Positions 28,177 through 36,215 of a stretch of DNA of 64,000 bases are shown in pieces. Under the pieces are notes generated by a model. That model saw only the letters and a program-made list of their open reading frames with translations. It had not been told where the DNA came from and ran no database searches. Made by a program: the position numbers and the translations under genes. How positions within the stretch are numbered: position 1 is the first letter of the stretch; the number at the start of each line of letters is the position of its first letter. The DNA is taken from assembly GCA_036570545.1 (NCBI GenBank), contig DATCXZ010000054.1, forward strand, positions 1,558 to 65,557. Direction: 5' to 3'. This DNA is from Kiloniellaceae bacterium (lineage in GTDB: Bacteria > Pseudomonadota > Alphaproteobacteria > Kiloniellales > Kiloniellaceae).

Positions 28177-29208
28177 TCAGATGGCGTAGCCGCAGCGGCG
28201 GATGAGCTCGAAGAACCCGCTCATCTCGGCCTCGAACTCCAGCGACGAGACCTGCTCGCTGTCGAGGAAGCGGCGCAGTTCATAGGGCGAGTCGCCTGCC
28301 CGCGTGAACCCGCGCTTCGTCGTGGTCGCGCTGGCGATGCCGAGCGGCGCCAGCCAAGGGAGCTGGTGCTGCTCGTACTCCCCGCTGGGGTAGCAGAAAT
28401 GGCGCAGCGGCGCGTTGCCCACCAGCGCGAGGGCGCGCCGGTTGTCCTCGATCTCCGCCTGCGCGGCCGCGTAGCTCTCGGCCGGAAAGCGATGGCGATG
28501 GCTGTGCAGCCCGATCTCGATGCCGGATGCCTGCAGCTCGCGTGCCTCCTCCAGAGTCATGAAGGCGCAGAGGCGCTCCGCTTCTATCGTCGTGGCATCG
28601 ATGTCGAGGGCCGCGCAGAGACGGCGAAACAGCGCCTGGCGCGCCTCGGCGCTCTCCAAGGTTTCGGCGTGTTCATCAAGGCGATGCCACGCCGTCGCCC
28701 GCTGCGTCTCGTCAGCCAGGTCGTAGCGCCCGCTGATCCCGTCAGCGACCTCGGCAAGGTCAAGCAGCCGGCCGCCAGCCCGCCACAGCACATAGCTGGC
28801 GGCCACGTTGAACACCTGGGTTTGCTTGTCGAGATAGTAGCTGGCGATGTAGAGGAGTGCCGGGAAGCCGTGCGCGCGCAGCACCGGCGCCATCTGCCGG
28901 TAGGTGCCGAACCAGCCGTCGTCGATGGTCACGATGGTGGCACCTCTGGGCCACTGGCCGGTCGGCAGCGCAGCGACGGCGATGTCCAGCGCGATGACCG
29001 GATAGCCTTGCCGCGCGAGCAGGGCCATGCGCGCAGCAAAGGTTTCCTTGCCCATGAAGAGGCCCGGCCTAAAGTGATGCTCGTCGCGCAACGCCGCGCC
29101 GTGGTAGCACAGGATGCGGAGGTCGCCAGCCGTCAGCAGGCGCGCCAGCGCAAAGAGGCCAGTCAGCTTGGCGACCCGGAGGATGACGAGCAGCACAGTC
29201 CGCTTCAT
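28177..29208 (-). CDS. Polysaccharide deacetylase (NodB/CE4) family protein
   Basis: ILCYHG, VTIDDGW, IGLHSHRH, FCYPSG, LRRF. Confidence 0.88.
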   Translation of the reverse strand: MKRTVLLVILRVAKLTGLFALARLLTAGDLRILCYHGAALRDEHHFRPGLFMGKETFAARMALLARQGYPVIALDIAVAALPTGQWPRGATIVTIDDGWFGTYRQMAPVLRAHGFPALLYIASYYLDKQTQVFNVAASYVLWRAGGRLLDLAEVADGISGRYDLADETQRATAWHRLDEHAETLESAEARQALFRRLCAALDIDATTIEAERLCAFMTLEEARELQASGIEIGLHSHRHRFPAESYAAAQAEIEDNRRALALVGNAPLRHFCYPSGEYEQHQLPWLAPLGIASATTTKRGFTRAGDSPYELRRFLDSEQVSSLEFEAEMSGFFELIRRCGYAI

Positions 29209-29339
29209 CGCCTATCCCCGGCCGACGGGGATGGCAGGCTTTCCAGGTCGCAACCGCCCATGACCCGATCTCTCCCAGCTTCAGCCACTAAAGCGCATCA
29301 TCCCTGTCGAGCGGATCTTACAGGCTAGGAGTATCGACG

Positions 29340-30617
29340 GTGCAGCGCCTGCCACCAAAGGATTTCCGGCCTCCTGAAGGTTTCCCGAAAGCGGAACTCT
29401 CGCGCAAGTCGTCCGAAGCCAAGCTGCGCTCGGTGCTCGTGCCCGAAGCCCATGCGCTCGGGATGCTGGCGGCGATCCGCTCCCTGGGCCGGGCCGGCTA
29501 CCGCGTCCATGCCGCCTCGCCGCGACCCGACGCCATCGGCTTTGCCTCCCGCTATTGCACGACACGCGCCCGCTGTCCGGCCTACGACGATCCGGCCTAT
29601 GCGGCGTGGGCGCGCGGCTATGTCGCCGACCACGGCATCGCCGCGGTGGTGCCGGGCGGCGCCTTCCTGCTTGCGGTCGAGCCGTGCTTCGACGAGTTCC
29701 GCCACCTCCTGCCGCTGGTGCAGGATCGCCGCATCGTCTACCGCGCCCTCAGCAAGTCGGAGGTCTTCGAAGCCTTCGCAAGCGCGCCGCAGGATCTGAG
29801 GCTGCTCGATCATCATCCACCGGCGCGGGTGCTCGACCGCGACACGCCATCACTCTCCACAGCGGATGCGGCCTGCCTGGGAGCAACCCTCTATCTGAAG
29901 GCCGACGCCCGCCACGGGCCGCCCGGCGGCGACGATCTTCTCTGCGGTCCGCTGCGATCCGCAGAGGCCGCCCCGGCCGTGCGCGAGGCGCTCGGCCGTT
30001 ACCGTAAGGTTCTGCTGCAGGGCGCGGTGACCGGGCGCCAGGCCGGCGTCTCCCTGCTGATGGGCGCGCGCGGCGAGGTTCTTGCCAGCAACTGCTTTGT
30101 CGACTGTCACCTCGAGCCGACGCGCCGCGGCACCATGAGCCTCAGGCGAACCTGGCACAATCCAGGCCTGGTGGAGGACGCCGTGCGACGCCTGCGCCAC
30201 CTGGGATGGCAGGGCGCAGCCATGCTCGAATACCGCGTGCGGGACGGTGACGGCGGCTTCGACTTCATCGAGCTCAATCCGCGCAACTGGCAGTCGCTGC
30301 ACCTCGATCTTCTGGCCGGCGTTGATTTCCCGCGCCTGCAGATGGCGTGGTTCGAGGGACAGCCGCGGACCTCCCCGCCGATATACCGGACCGTGACCTG
30401 CGGCGACCTCTGGCCGGGAGAACTGAGTCGCATGCTGGAAATCTGGCGCTCGCCGCGCTTTGCAATGAAGGCGCGGCTGCGGGAGACCGCCGCCTTCCTG
30501 GCGCGGCTGCTCAATCCGACCATCAAGTCGGATTATGCCTTTCCCGGCGATCGAACCCTGTACTGGCGCCGGGTGGGCCAAGTGATCCGCGGCTGGCTGC
30601 GCGCTGCAGATCGATAG
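29340..30617 (+). CDS. ATP-grasp carboxylate-amine ligase (fourth ATP-grasp, different subfamily)
   Basis: LAAIRSLGRAG..V, YLKAD, LLQGAVTG, AMLEYR, FIELNPRNW. Confidence 0.75.
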   Translation: MQRLPPKDFRPPEGFPKAELSRKSSEAKLRSVLVPEAHALGMLAAIRSLGRAGYRVHAASPRPDAIGFASRYCTTRARCPAYDDPAYAAWARGYVADHGIAAVVPGGAFLLAVEPCFDEFRHLLPLVQDRRIVYRALSKSEVFEAFASAPQDLRLLDHHPPARVLDRDTPSLSTADAACLGATLYLKADARHGPPGGDDLLCGPLRSAEAAPAVREALGRYRKVLLQGAVTGRQAGVSLLMGARGEVLASNCFVDCHLEPTRRGTMSLRRTWHNPGLVEDAVRRLRHLGWQGAAMLEYRVRDGDGGFDFIELNPRNWQSLHLDLLAGVDFPRLQMAWFEGQPRTSPPIYRTVTCGDLWPGELSRMLEIWRSPRFAMKARLRETAAFLARLLNPTIKSDYAFPGDRTLYWRRVGQVIRGWLRAADR

Positions 30618-30634
30618 CGGATCGACGCTCGCGC

Positions 30635-30766
30635 TCAGGCGGTCCGGCCCAGGTCGAGCCAGAGAGCGAGCAGGAAAAGCACCAGGATCATCGGCACGAC
30701 AACGCGCTTGAAGCGCCCCCATGTGCTCCTGCCCTTCGTGACCGCGCCGCAATGATAAATTATCAT
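30635..30766 (-). CDS. Putative 43-aa single-TM small protein
   Basis: MIIYHCGAVTKGRSTWGRFKRVVVPMILVLFLLALWLDLGRTA*: basic residues then a hydrophobic stretch, GC3-rich codons in the 3' half. Not in the ORF track. Confidence 0.35.
   Translation of the reverse strand: MIIYHCGAVTKGRSTWGRFKRVVVPMILVLFLLALWLDLGRTA
30752..30766. promoter_or_regulatory. Perfect 7-1-7 AT-rich inverted repeat (possible operator or divergent -10 pair)
   Basis: ATGATAA-A-TTATCAT upstream of the O-ligase gene. Confidence 0.45.
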
Positions 30767-30934
30767 AGCAGCCCAGCCCGCCCGAGCAGGCGCGGGGGCC
30801 CGACTTCAGAACCTTCGGCTGAAGCGCGTCGCTTGGTCAACCGGCAGGGGCGTTGCTACGCTTTCCATCGGGAAATCCTGCGGCCAAGGCAGACAGCGCC
30901 GCTGCCGCCGAAAACCGCTCGTGGAAGATCGCCG

Positions 30935-32272
30935 ATGCGTGACGTCCTCATCCTCCTGCTGGCCTTCTCGGTGGTCCCGCTGACCTTCCTGCGACCGCAC
31001 GTCGGCATTCTCGCCTGGTGCTGGATCTCCTACATGAACCCGCACCGGCTGAGCTGGGGCTTCGCGTACGAATTTCCCGTCGCGATGATGATTGGCCTGT
31101 CGACGCTGGCGGCCTGGGTTCTATCCAAGGAGCCCAAGAAGCTGCCGATCAACGCCGTCAGCGCCCTGATGCTCGCCTTCGTCGTCTGGATGTCCTTCGC
31201 CAACCTCTTCGCCATGGTTCCCGACCTTGCGTTCGAGAAGTGGACGCAGTCGGTCAAGATCCTTCTGATGACCTTCGTCACCATGGCGCTGATGTACAAG
31301 CGAGAGCGCCTGCAGGCGTTGATCTGGATTATTGTGGTCTCGCTGGGATACTTCGGCGCGAAGGGTGGGCTTTTCACCATTGTCGGCGGCGGCACCTCCC
31401 ATGTCTGGGGGCCTCCCGGAAGCTTCATCGCCGACAACAACGCACTCGCGATGGCCCTGGTGATGGTGCTGCCGCTGGTGCGCTACTTGCAGATCCAGAC
31501 TGAATCCAAGCTGATTCGCTTGGGCCTCTACGGGCTGATGATCCTCATTGGCTTCTCCATCATCGGAAGCCAGTCGCGCGGCGCCTTCCTCGGTGGCTGC
31601 ACGATAGCCGCATTCCTGATCTGGAAATCGCGCCAGCGCTTGCTGCTGTCGCTGCTCGTGGTCGCCTTCCTGGCGGTCGGCGCCTTCTTCGTACCGCAGA
31701 GCTGGATCGATCGCATGCAGACGATCGAAACCTATCAGGAGGACGGCTCCGCCCTTTCGCGGCTCGAGGTCTGGGGTTTCGCGCTGAAGCTCACCAAGGA
31801 CAGGCCGATCGTGGGCGGCGGCTTTCGGGTCTCCTATAACGACGCCATCTATCTGAAATACGTCCCCGACGCACGAACGGGGCGCGGGCGCAACTATCAC
31901 AGCGTCTACTTCGAGATCCTCGGCGAACTGGGCTACGTCGGGCTGGCCATCTACCTCGCTCTACTGTTCGCGGTGTGGCGCATGGGCAGCCGCACCATCA
32001 CTCTGACCGCACAGCGCCCCGATCTGCACTGGGCCGGCGACCTGGCGCGCATGTGCCAGGTTTCCCTGATCGGCTTTGCCGTTGCCGGCGCCTTCCAGAA
32101 TCTCGCGTTCTTCGATCTCTACTTCCATCTCATCGCGATCGTGTTCCTGGCGCACCAAGCTGTCATCACGGTGCTCACCGAGGAGGGCTCTATCCCTCAC
32201 CCCTCTGGCGCCAGGCGCCGCTCACCGGCCTTGCCGGGCGCCCCCGTCCCCACGCGCGCCGCCGGCCCCTGA
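30935..32272 (+). CDS. Putative O-glycosylation ligase, exosortase A system-associated (TIGR03097-like)
   Basis: MRD..LLL, WISYMNPHRLSWGFA, GPPGSFIADNN, SQSRGAFL, RNYHSVYFEILGELGYVG, GAFQNLAFFDLY. Confidence 0.9.
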   Translation: MRDVLILLLAFSVVPLTFLRPHVGILAWCWISYMNPHRLSWGFAYEFPVAMMIGLSTLAAWVLSKEPKKLPINAVSALMLAFVVWMSFANLFAMVPDLAFEKWTQSVKILLMTFVTMALMYKRERLQALIWIIVVSLGYFGAKGGLFTIVGGGTSHVWGPPGSFIADNNALAMALVMVLPLVRYLQIQTESKLIRLGLYGLMILIGFSIIGSQSRGAFLGGCTIAAFLIWKSRQRLLLSLLVVAFLAVGAFFVPQSWIDRMQTIETYQEDGSALSRLEVWGFALKLTKDRPIVGGGFRVSYNDAIYLKYVPDARTGRGRNYHSVYFEILGELGYVGLAIYLALLFAVWRMGSRTITLTAQRPDLHWAGDLARMCQVSLIGFAVAGAFQNLAFFDLYFHLIAIVFLAHQAVITVLTEEGSIPHPSGARRRSPALPGAPVPTRAAGP

Positions 32273-33454
32273 TCGGCCTCCACCGGCCAATGCGAGTTCC
32301 TTCCTGTTGGCATCGATGGTGAACTTTGCCGCCCAGTTCAGGTACTCGAAGGCGCCGTAGTCGCCGTCGACGGGAAAGGCGCCCTTGACCCCACCGCTCG
32401 TATCGGGCGCCCCGCCGATATGGATCGTGCAGCGGACGTAAGCATTGGCCTTGCGGCCGGCCTCCAGGTAGCTCCTCTCGCCGGTCACCTCGAAGAGATA
32501 GAACCAGCTCTCGGCGATCTGCGAGAGACCGGTCAGGCAGACCCAGCCAACGGCCGGCGTCCAGTCGGCGGAGAGGCGCCCGGGCAGCGAACCGTCGGCG
32601 CGCTGGACGGCGAGCAAGCCATCGGCGGTTCGCTTGGCTGCCGCCAGAAGGCGCGGCGCGCCGGACAGGCGGTGCGCCTCCACCACGCCACGCAGGAAAT
32701 AGCCGAGGGTGTGCGTCAGCGGCCGGGAGGCGTCGCTGAGGCAGCAGTCGGCGACCCAGCCGTTCGCCCGCTGCCTGCCGAGCGCCCAGTCGACCTGGCG
32801 CAACCCCGCCTCGCCGTAGCCCTCGCCCGGCGCCAGGCGTTCCGCCTCGAAGAGGCCCCAGGACACATGGGTCTCGTAGGCCTTCTCGCCGGCCACGGCA
32901 AAGGGCGTCGGGTGACGCCGCCAGCAGCCATCGGCATCCAGCGAATCGCGCAGAAAACGCGCTGCCGCGTGCAGGTTCTCGTGGTAGTCGCCGAACGCCC
33001 GCGCGCCGGCGCAGAAGCCGAGCAGAACCTGTCCGGTGTTGAAGGTGACCGGCACTTTCACGGTGGCATCGATCTTGCCGCCCTGAATGCCACCATCGCT
33101 GAACTGGATCGCCGCGAGCCAGTCCAGCATCCGGCGCGTCCGCGCGAGGAGGTCGCGCTCAGGATGGTCGGCCGCTGCCGCAATGAAGGTCGGGACGATG
33201 TAGCCGGTGGTCTCCGGATAGGAAGTAGCCCAGCCGCGCAGCAGACTGAAGTCGCGCGCGACGCCGCCGTCGCCGCTGGCCGAGCAGTCCTGCGCGCGGG
33301 CGAGCCACTGCAGGCAGGCATCGACTACCGCTGCAGGCCCGGGATCGCGCTGCGGCAGCCCTTGGCGGTCGCGCGCGCGCTCCTCGACGGCCGCCCTCGG
33401 CAGGCGGCGGGCAGCAACGGCGTTCTTCAGGGCCCTCAACACCGACATGGACAA
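32222..33454 (-). CDS. (alpha/alpha)-barrel protein of EPS loci, function unknown
   Basis: WATSYPETTGYI, LDWL..IQ..DGG, FNTGQV, THTLGYFLRG, YLNWAAKF; repeated W/Q..DG helical-hairpin signature. The 3' end overlaps the O-ligase gene by 51 bp. Confidence 0.7.
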   Translation of the reverse strand: MSMSVLRALKNAVAARRLPRAAVEERARDRQGLPQRDPGPAAVVDACLQWLARAQDCSASGDGGVARDFSLLRGWATSYPETTGYIVPTFIAAAADHPERDLLARTRRMLDWLAAIQFSDGGIQGGKIDATVKVPVTFNTGQVLLGFCAGARAFGDYHENLHAAARFLRDSLDADGCWRRHPTPFAVAGEKAYETHVSWGLFEAERLAPGEGYGEAGLRQVDWALGRQRANGWVADCCLSDASRPLTHTLGYFLRGVVEAHRLSGAPRLLAAAKRTADGLLAVQRADGSLPGRLSADWTPAVGWVCLTGLSQIAESWFYLFEVTGERSYLEAGRKANAYVRCTIHIGGAPDTSGGVKGAFPVDGDYGAFEYLNWAAKFTIDANRKELALAGGGRSGAGGARGDGGARQGR

Positions 33455-33472
33455 TTCCCTACGACGACCCAG

Positions 33473-34375
33473 TCAGTTCCGCCGAAGCAGAGTGTAGTAG
33501 ACCTTGAGGGCGCGGCTCGACAGGTTTGGCATCAGGTTCTCCCGTTCATAGCCGAAGAGTTCCAGCGTCTCTCCCGCCAGTTGCTCGAAGAGGATGCGCT
33601 CGGCCTTGGAGAGTTTCGTGCGCCACTTCCCCAGCTGCGCCGGGTCCGGCGGCCGGACCGAGTTGCGGTGCCACTTCAGGCTTTCTGTCGGCACCACGTC
33701 CTTTGCGTCCTCCGAATAGTCCAGCATGCCGGAATCGTAGGGCTCGTCGATGAAGGCGCAGATCTGGCGCAGAATCGCCTCAGGACGGCAGACAAGATCT
33801 TCGTAGCGCACTTCGAGGAAATCGTCGCCGAGCACCGCGCCCACTTTGTGGGCGATGGTGGTCTTCCACTGCCAATCCAACACCAGCTTCGGCAGGTTCC
33901 CAGACATCCACTCGATCGACCTCTGCGACAGGACGACATCGCGGCCGTCTCGCACCAGGTGGACGATCTTTGCGTCTGGAAAGACGCGACGGATAATGTC
34001 GATGTCGGGCGTGTAGAAGGGGGTCTTGTCGCCCCAGCGCGGCTTGCCCTGCGCATCCGCGTAGCAGCGGAAGATGGCATCCACGAAGTCCCGATAGTCG
34101 CGGATCGGTCGGGCAAGAATCGCGTCGGGATCGGCGACCAGCTTGCCGCGCTGGACAAGCGGGTGCCGCATGACGTCGGCAAGCAGCTTGCGGGCGTTGT
34201 CCTTCTGGCCGAGATCGCCGTACTGCGACAGCCTCCGGAAGCAGATCGTGATGAAGGCGCTCTCGTGCGGGATCGAAAGACTGGGGTGGTTGTTCAGCAT
34301 CAGCCGCAACATGGTCGTGCCCGACCGCTGCGAGCCGAGCAGGAAAACCGGCGGCTTCGCTGTCTGCTCGCTCAT
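33473..34375 (-). CDS. Sulfotransferase family protein 2
   Basis: FLLGSQRSGTTML, WGDKTP, HLVRDGRDV, VRYEDLV. Confidence 0.9.
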   Translation of the reverse strand: MSEQTAKPPVFLLGSQRSGTTMLRLMLNNHPSLSIPHESAFITICFRRLSQYGDLGQKDNARKLLADVMRHPLVQRGKLVADPDAILARPIRDYRDFVDAIFRCYADAQGKPRWGDKTPFYTPDIDIIRRVFPDAKIVHLVRDGRDVVLSQRSIEWMSGNLPKLVLDWQWKTTIAHKVGAVLGDDFLEVRYEDLVCRPEAILRQICAFIDEPYDSGMLDYSEDAKDVVPTESLKWHRNSVRPPDPAQLGKWRTKLSKAERILFEQLAGETLELFGYERENLMPNLSSRALKVYYTLLRRN

Positions 34376-35139
34376 GGAGCGCCTTGCTCCGCCGCATCAC
34401 GCGCCGGCGCCGGTCCGGCATCGCGCAGGCATTGCACAACCAGCGCCCTCTTGACGCCATCGGGCCGGATGACGATCTCGCTCACCATCATCGCCGACTC
34501 GGCGATCTGCTTTTGGATGCGCGCCAGCGGCGGATAGGCTGCGTTGCAGTAGTAGCGCGGCACCAGCGGCAGCCCGCTATAACGAGTCACGAGCTTGCGC
34601 AGGGCCATGCGGCGGCCGAAGCGGCTGTCGGCCTCGTTATCGAAGATCACGGCGACGCCGCCGGGCGCCAGCGCTGCCACCATCCGCCGGCAGGTCGCCG
34701 CCTGCGCGGCACGCGGAAGCTGCTGCACGACATCGTAGGTGAAGACGAGGTCGAAGCCACCGCTGAGGCCTTCGAAGCTGTAGCTCTTGCGCTCGAGCAG
34801 ATTGCCCGGCCTGAGGTCCGCCGGTGCAGCGCGGTCACGCAGTTTCTCTCGTGCCACCTCGACCATGCGGGGCGAGAGATCGAAGCCACAGAGTCGAGCA
34901 TCTGTCAGCCCGTGCGTGACCAACTGCGCCTGCAGGAAGGCAAGCCAGGCCCCCGTTCCGCAGCCGCAGTCGAGCACTGCCGGCCGCGGCTTGCGACGCA
35001 GCCGGGGGAGAACGCCGCCGAGCACCTCGGCCACGAAGCGCTTCGCCCCCGGGGCATGATCGAAGCCGACATCGTAAACGCCGCTGTCGACTAGGCTGTC
35101 GAAGCTCTTCCTCTGGCGTTCGAGCAGGCGATGGCTCAC
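34372..35139 (-). CDS. Class I SAM-dependent methyltransferase
   Basis: VLDCGCGTG, GFDLSPRMVEVA, FDLV. GTG 35139 overlaps the upstream stop. Confidence 0.85.
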   Translation of the reverse strand: MSHRLLERQRKSFDSLVDSGVYDVGFDHAPGAKRFVAEVLGGVLPRLRRKPRPAVLDCGCGTGAWLAFLQAQLVTHGLTDARLCGFDLSPRMVEVAREKLRDRAAPADLRPGNLLERKSYSFEGLSGGFDLVFTYDVVQQLPRAAQAATCRRMVAALAPGGVAVIFDNEADSRFGRRMALRKLVTRYSGLPLVPRYYCNAAYPPLARIQKQIAESAMMVSEIVIRPDGVKRALVVQCLRDAGPAPARDAAEQGAP

Positions 35140-36215
35140 GAGCTCCCCTCCCGCGAGCGGCCGGCCTGCCGCTCGAGCAGGGAGCGCTGCCGCAATCCCA
35201 GGCGCCTGCGAAGTCGGCGGGACCGCCCCCCTTGATCGAGGTGATACCACAGATCGAGAGCATAGGCCGATGCGGTCTTCGGAACCCTGTCGTAAGCCTC
35301 GTAGCCCCAGTCCTTCAGCGTCTGGCCCGCGATCCCCTCGAACACGATGCGCTGGCTGCCGGTCATGCGCCGGCGCCACTGGCCGACTTTGGACTCCTGC
35401 GGCGGGCGCGAGATCGCCGGCCACAGCCAGCGCCGGTTGTCCGGTATCTTCTCTTCCACCATCTCCCCGTAGCACAGCATGCGGTCGTCGTAAGGCAGGC
35501 TGAGGAAGGCGCAGAGCCGCTCCAGCGTCGCGCCGGTACCGAGGACGAGGTCCTCGAAGCGCACGGTCATGTAGCGCGCAGCGCCAAGGATCCGCCCCAT
35601 CTTGGCGTTGGTGGTCGTGCGGTTGACCCAGGCGCGGGCGCATTCCGCGATGTTCCCCGCGCCGTAGGGCATGGTCTGATGCGACAGCGCCACATCGCGG
35701 CCGTCGCGAATGATGTGGAGAAAGCGGGCCTGCGGGAACCAGCTATTCACCAGGTCCATGTGGTCGAGCGTTGCGATGTCGACGTTGGCCCAGCACGGCT
35801 TGCCCTTGGCCTCGGCATAGGCCGCATGGAAGCGCGCGACCACTGCGCCGTAGTCGCCGACCGGCAGGCCGGCCAGCAGCTCCATACGGTCGAGCGCGGC
35901 ATCCCACAACCGGATGCGCTCGTGCGCGAGGATGGCATCGACCAGGCGGACGACATCGTCTCCGGTGGCGAGGCCGTTGAAGTCCCGAGGCAGGCGCCGG
36001 GCGAAGTCGGTCCACATGCCGGTGGTCGCCAGCGGCACGGCCACCAGCGGATGGGCACCGATGATCATCGACAGCAGGGTCGTGCCGCTACGCTCCATCC
36101 CGAAGAGGAAGGTGGGCGTCGCCGTCGCTGCGACGCCGGGCGCCACACGCCCTGGCGCCGGCTGCGGCGGCGGCGGAGTGTCGGCGGATCGACCGGGGAA
36201 AGCTGCAGCGGTCAT
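35136..36215 (-). CDS. Sulfotransferase family protein 3
   Basis: FLFGMERSGTTLL, HIIRDGRDV, VRFEDLV. ATG 36215 overlaps the heparinase-like gene stop. Confidence 0.88.
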   Translation of the reverse strand: MTAAAFPGRSADTPPPPQPAPGRVAPGVAATATPTFLFGMERSGTTLLSMIIGAHPLVAVPLATTGMWTDFARRLPRDFNGLATGDDVVRLVDAILAHERIRLWDAALDRMELLAGLPVGDYGAVVARFHAAYAEAKGKPCWANVDIATLDHMDLVNSWFPQARFLHIIRDGRDVALSHQTMPYGAGNIAECARAWVNRTTTNAKMGRILGAARYMTVRFEDLVLGTGATLERLCAFLSLPYDDRMLCYGEMVEEKIPDNRRWLWPAISRPPQESKVGQWRRRMTGSQRIVFEGIAGQTLKDWGYEAYDRVPKTASAYALDLWYHLDQGGRSRRLRRRLGLRQRSLLERQAGRSREGSS

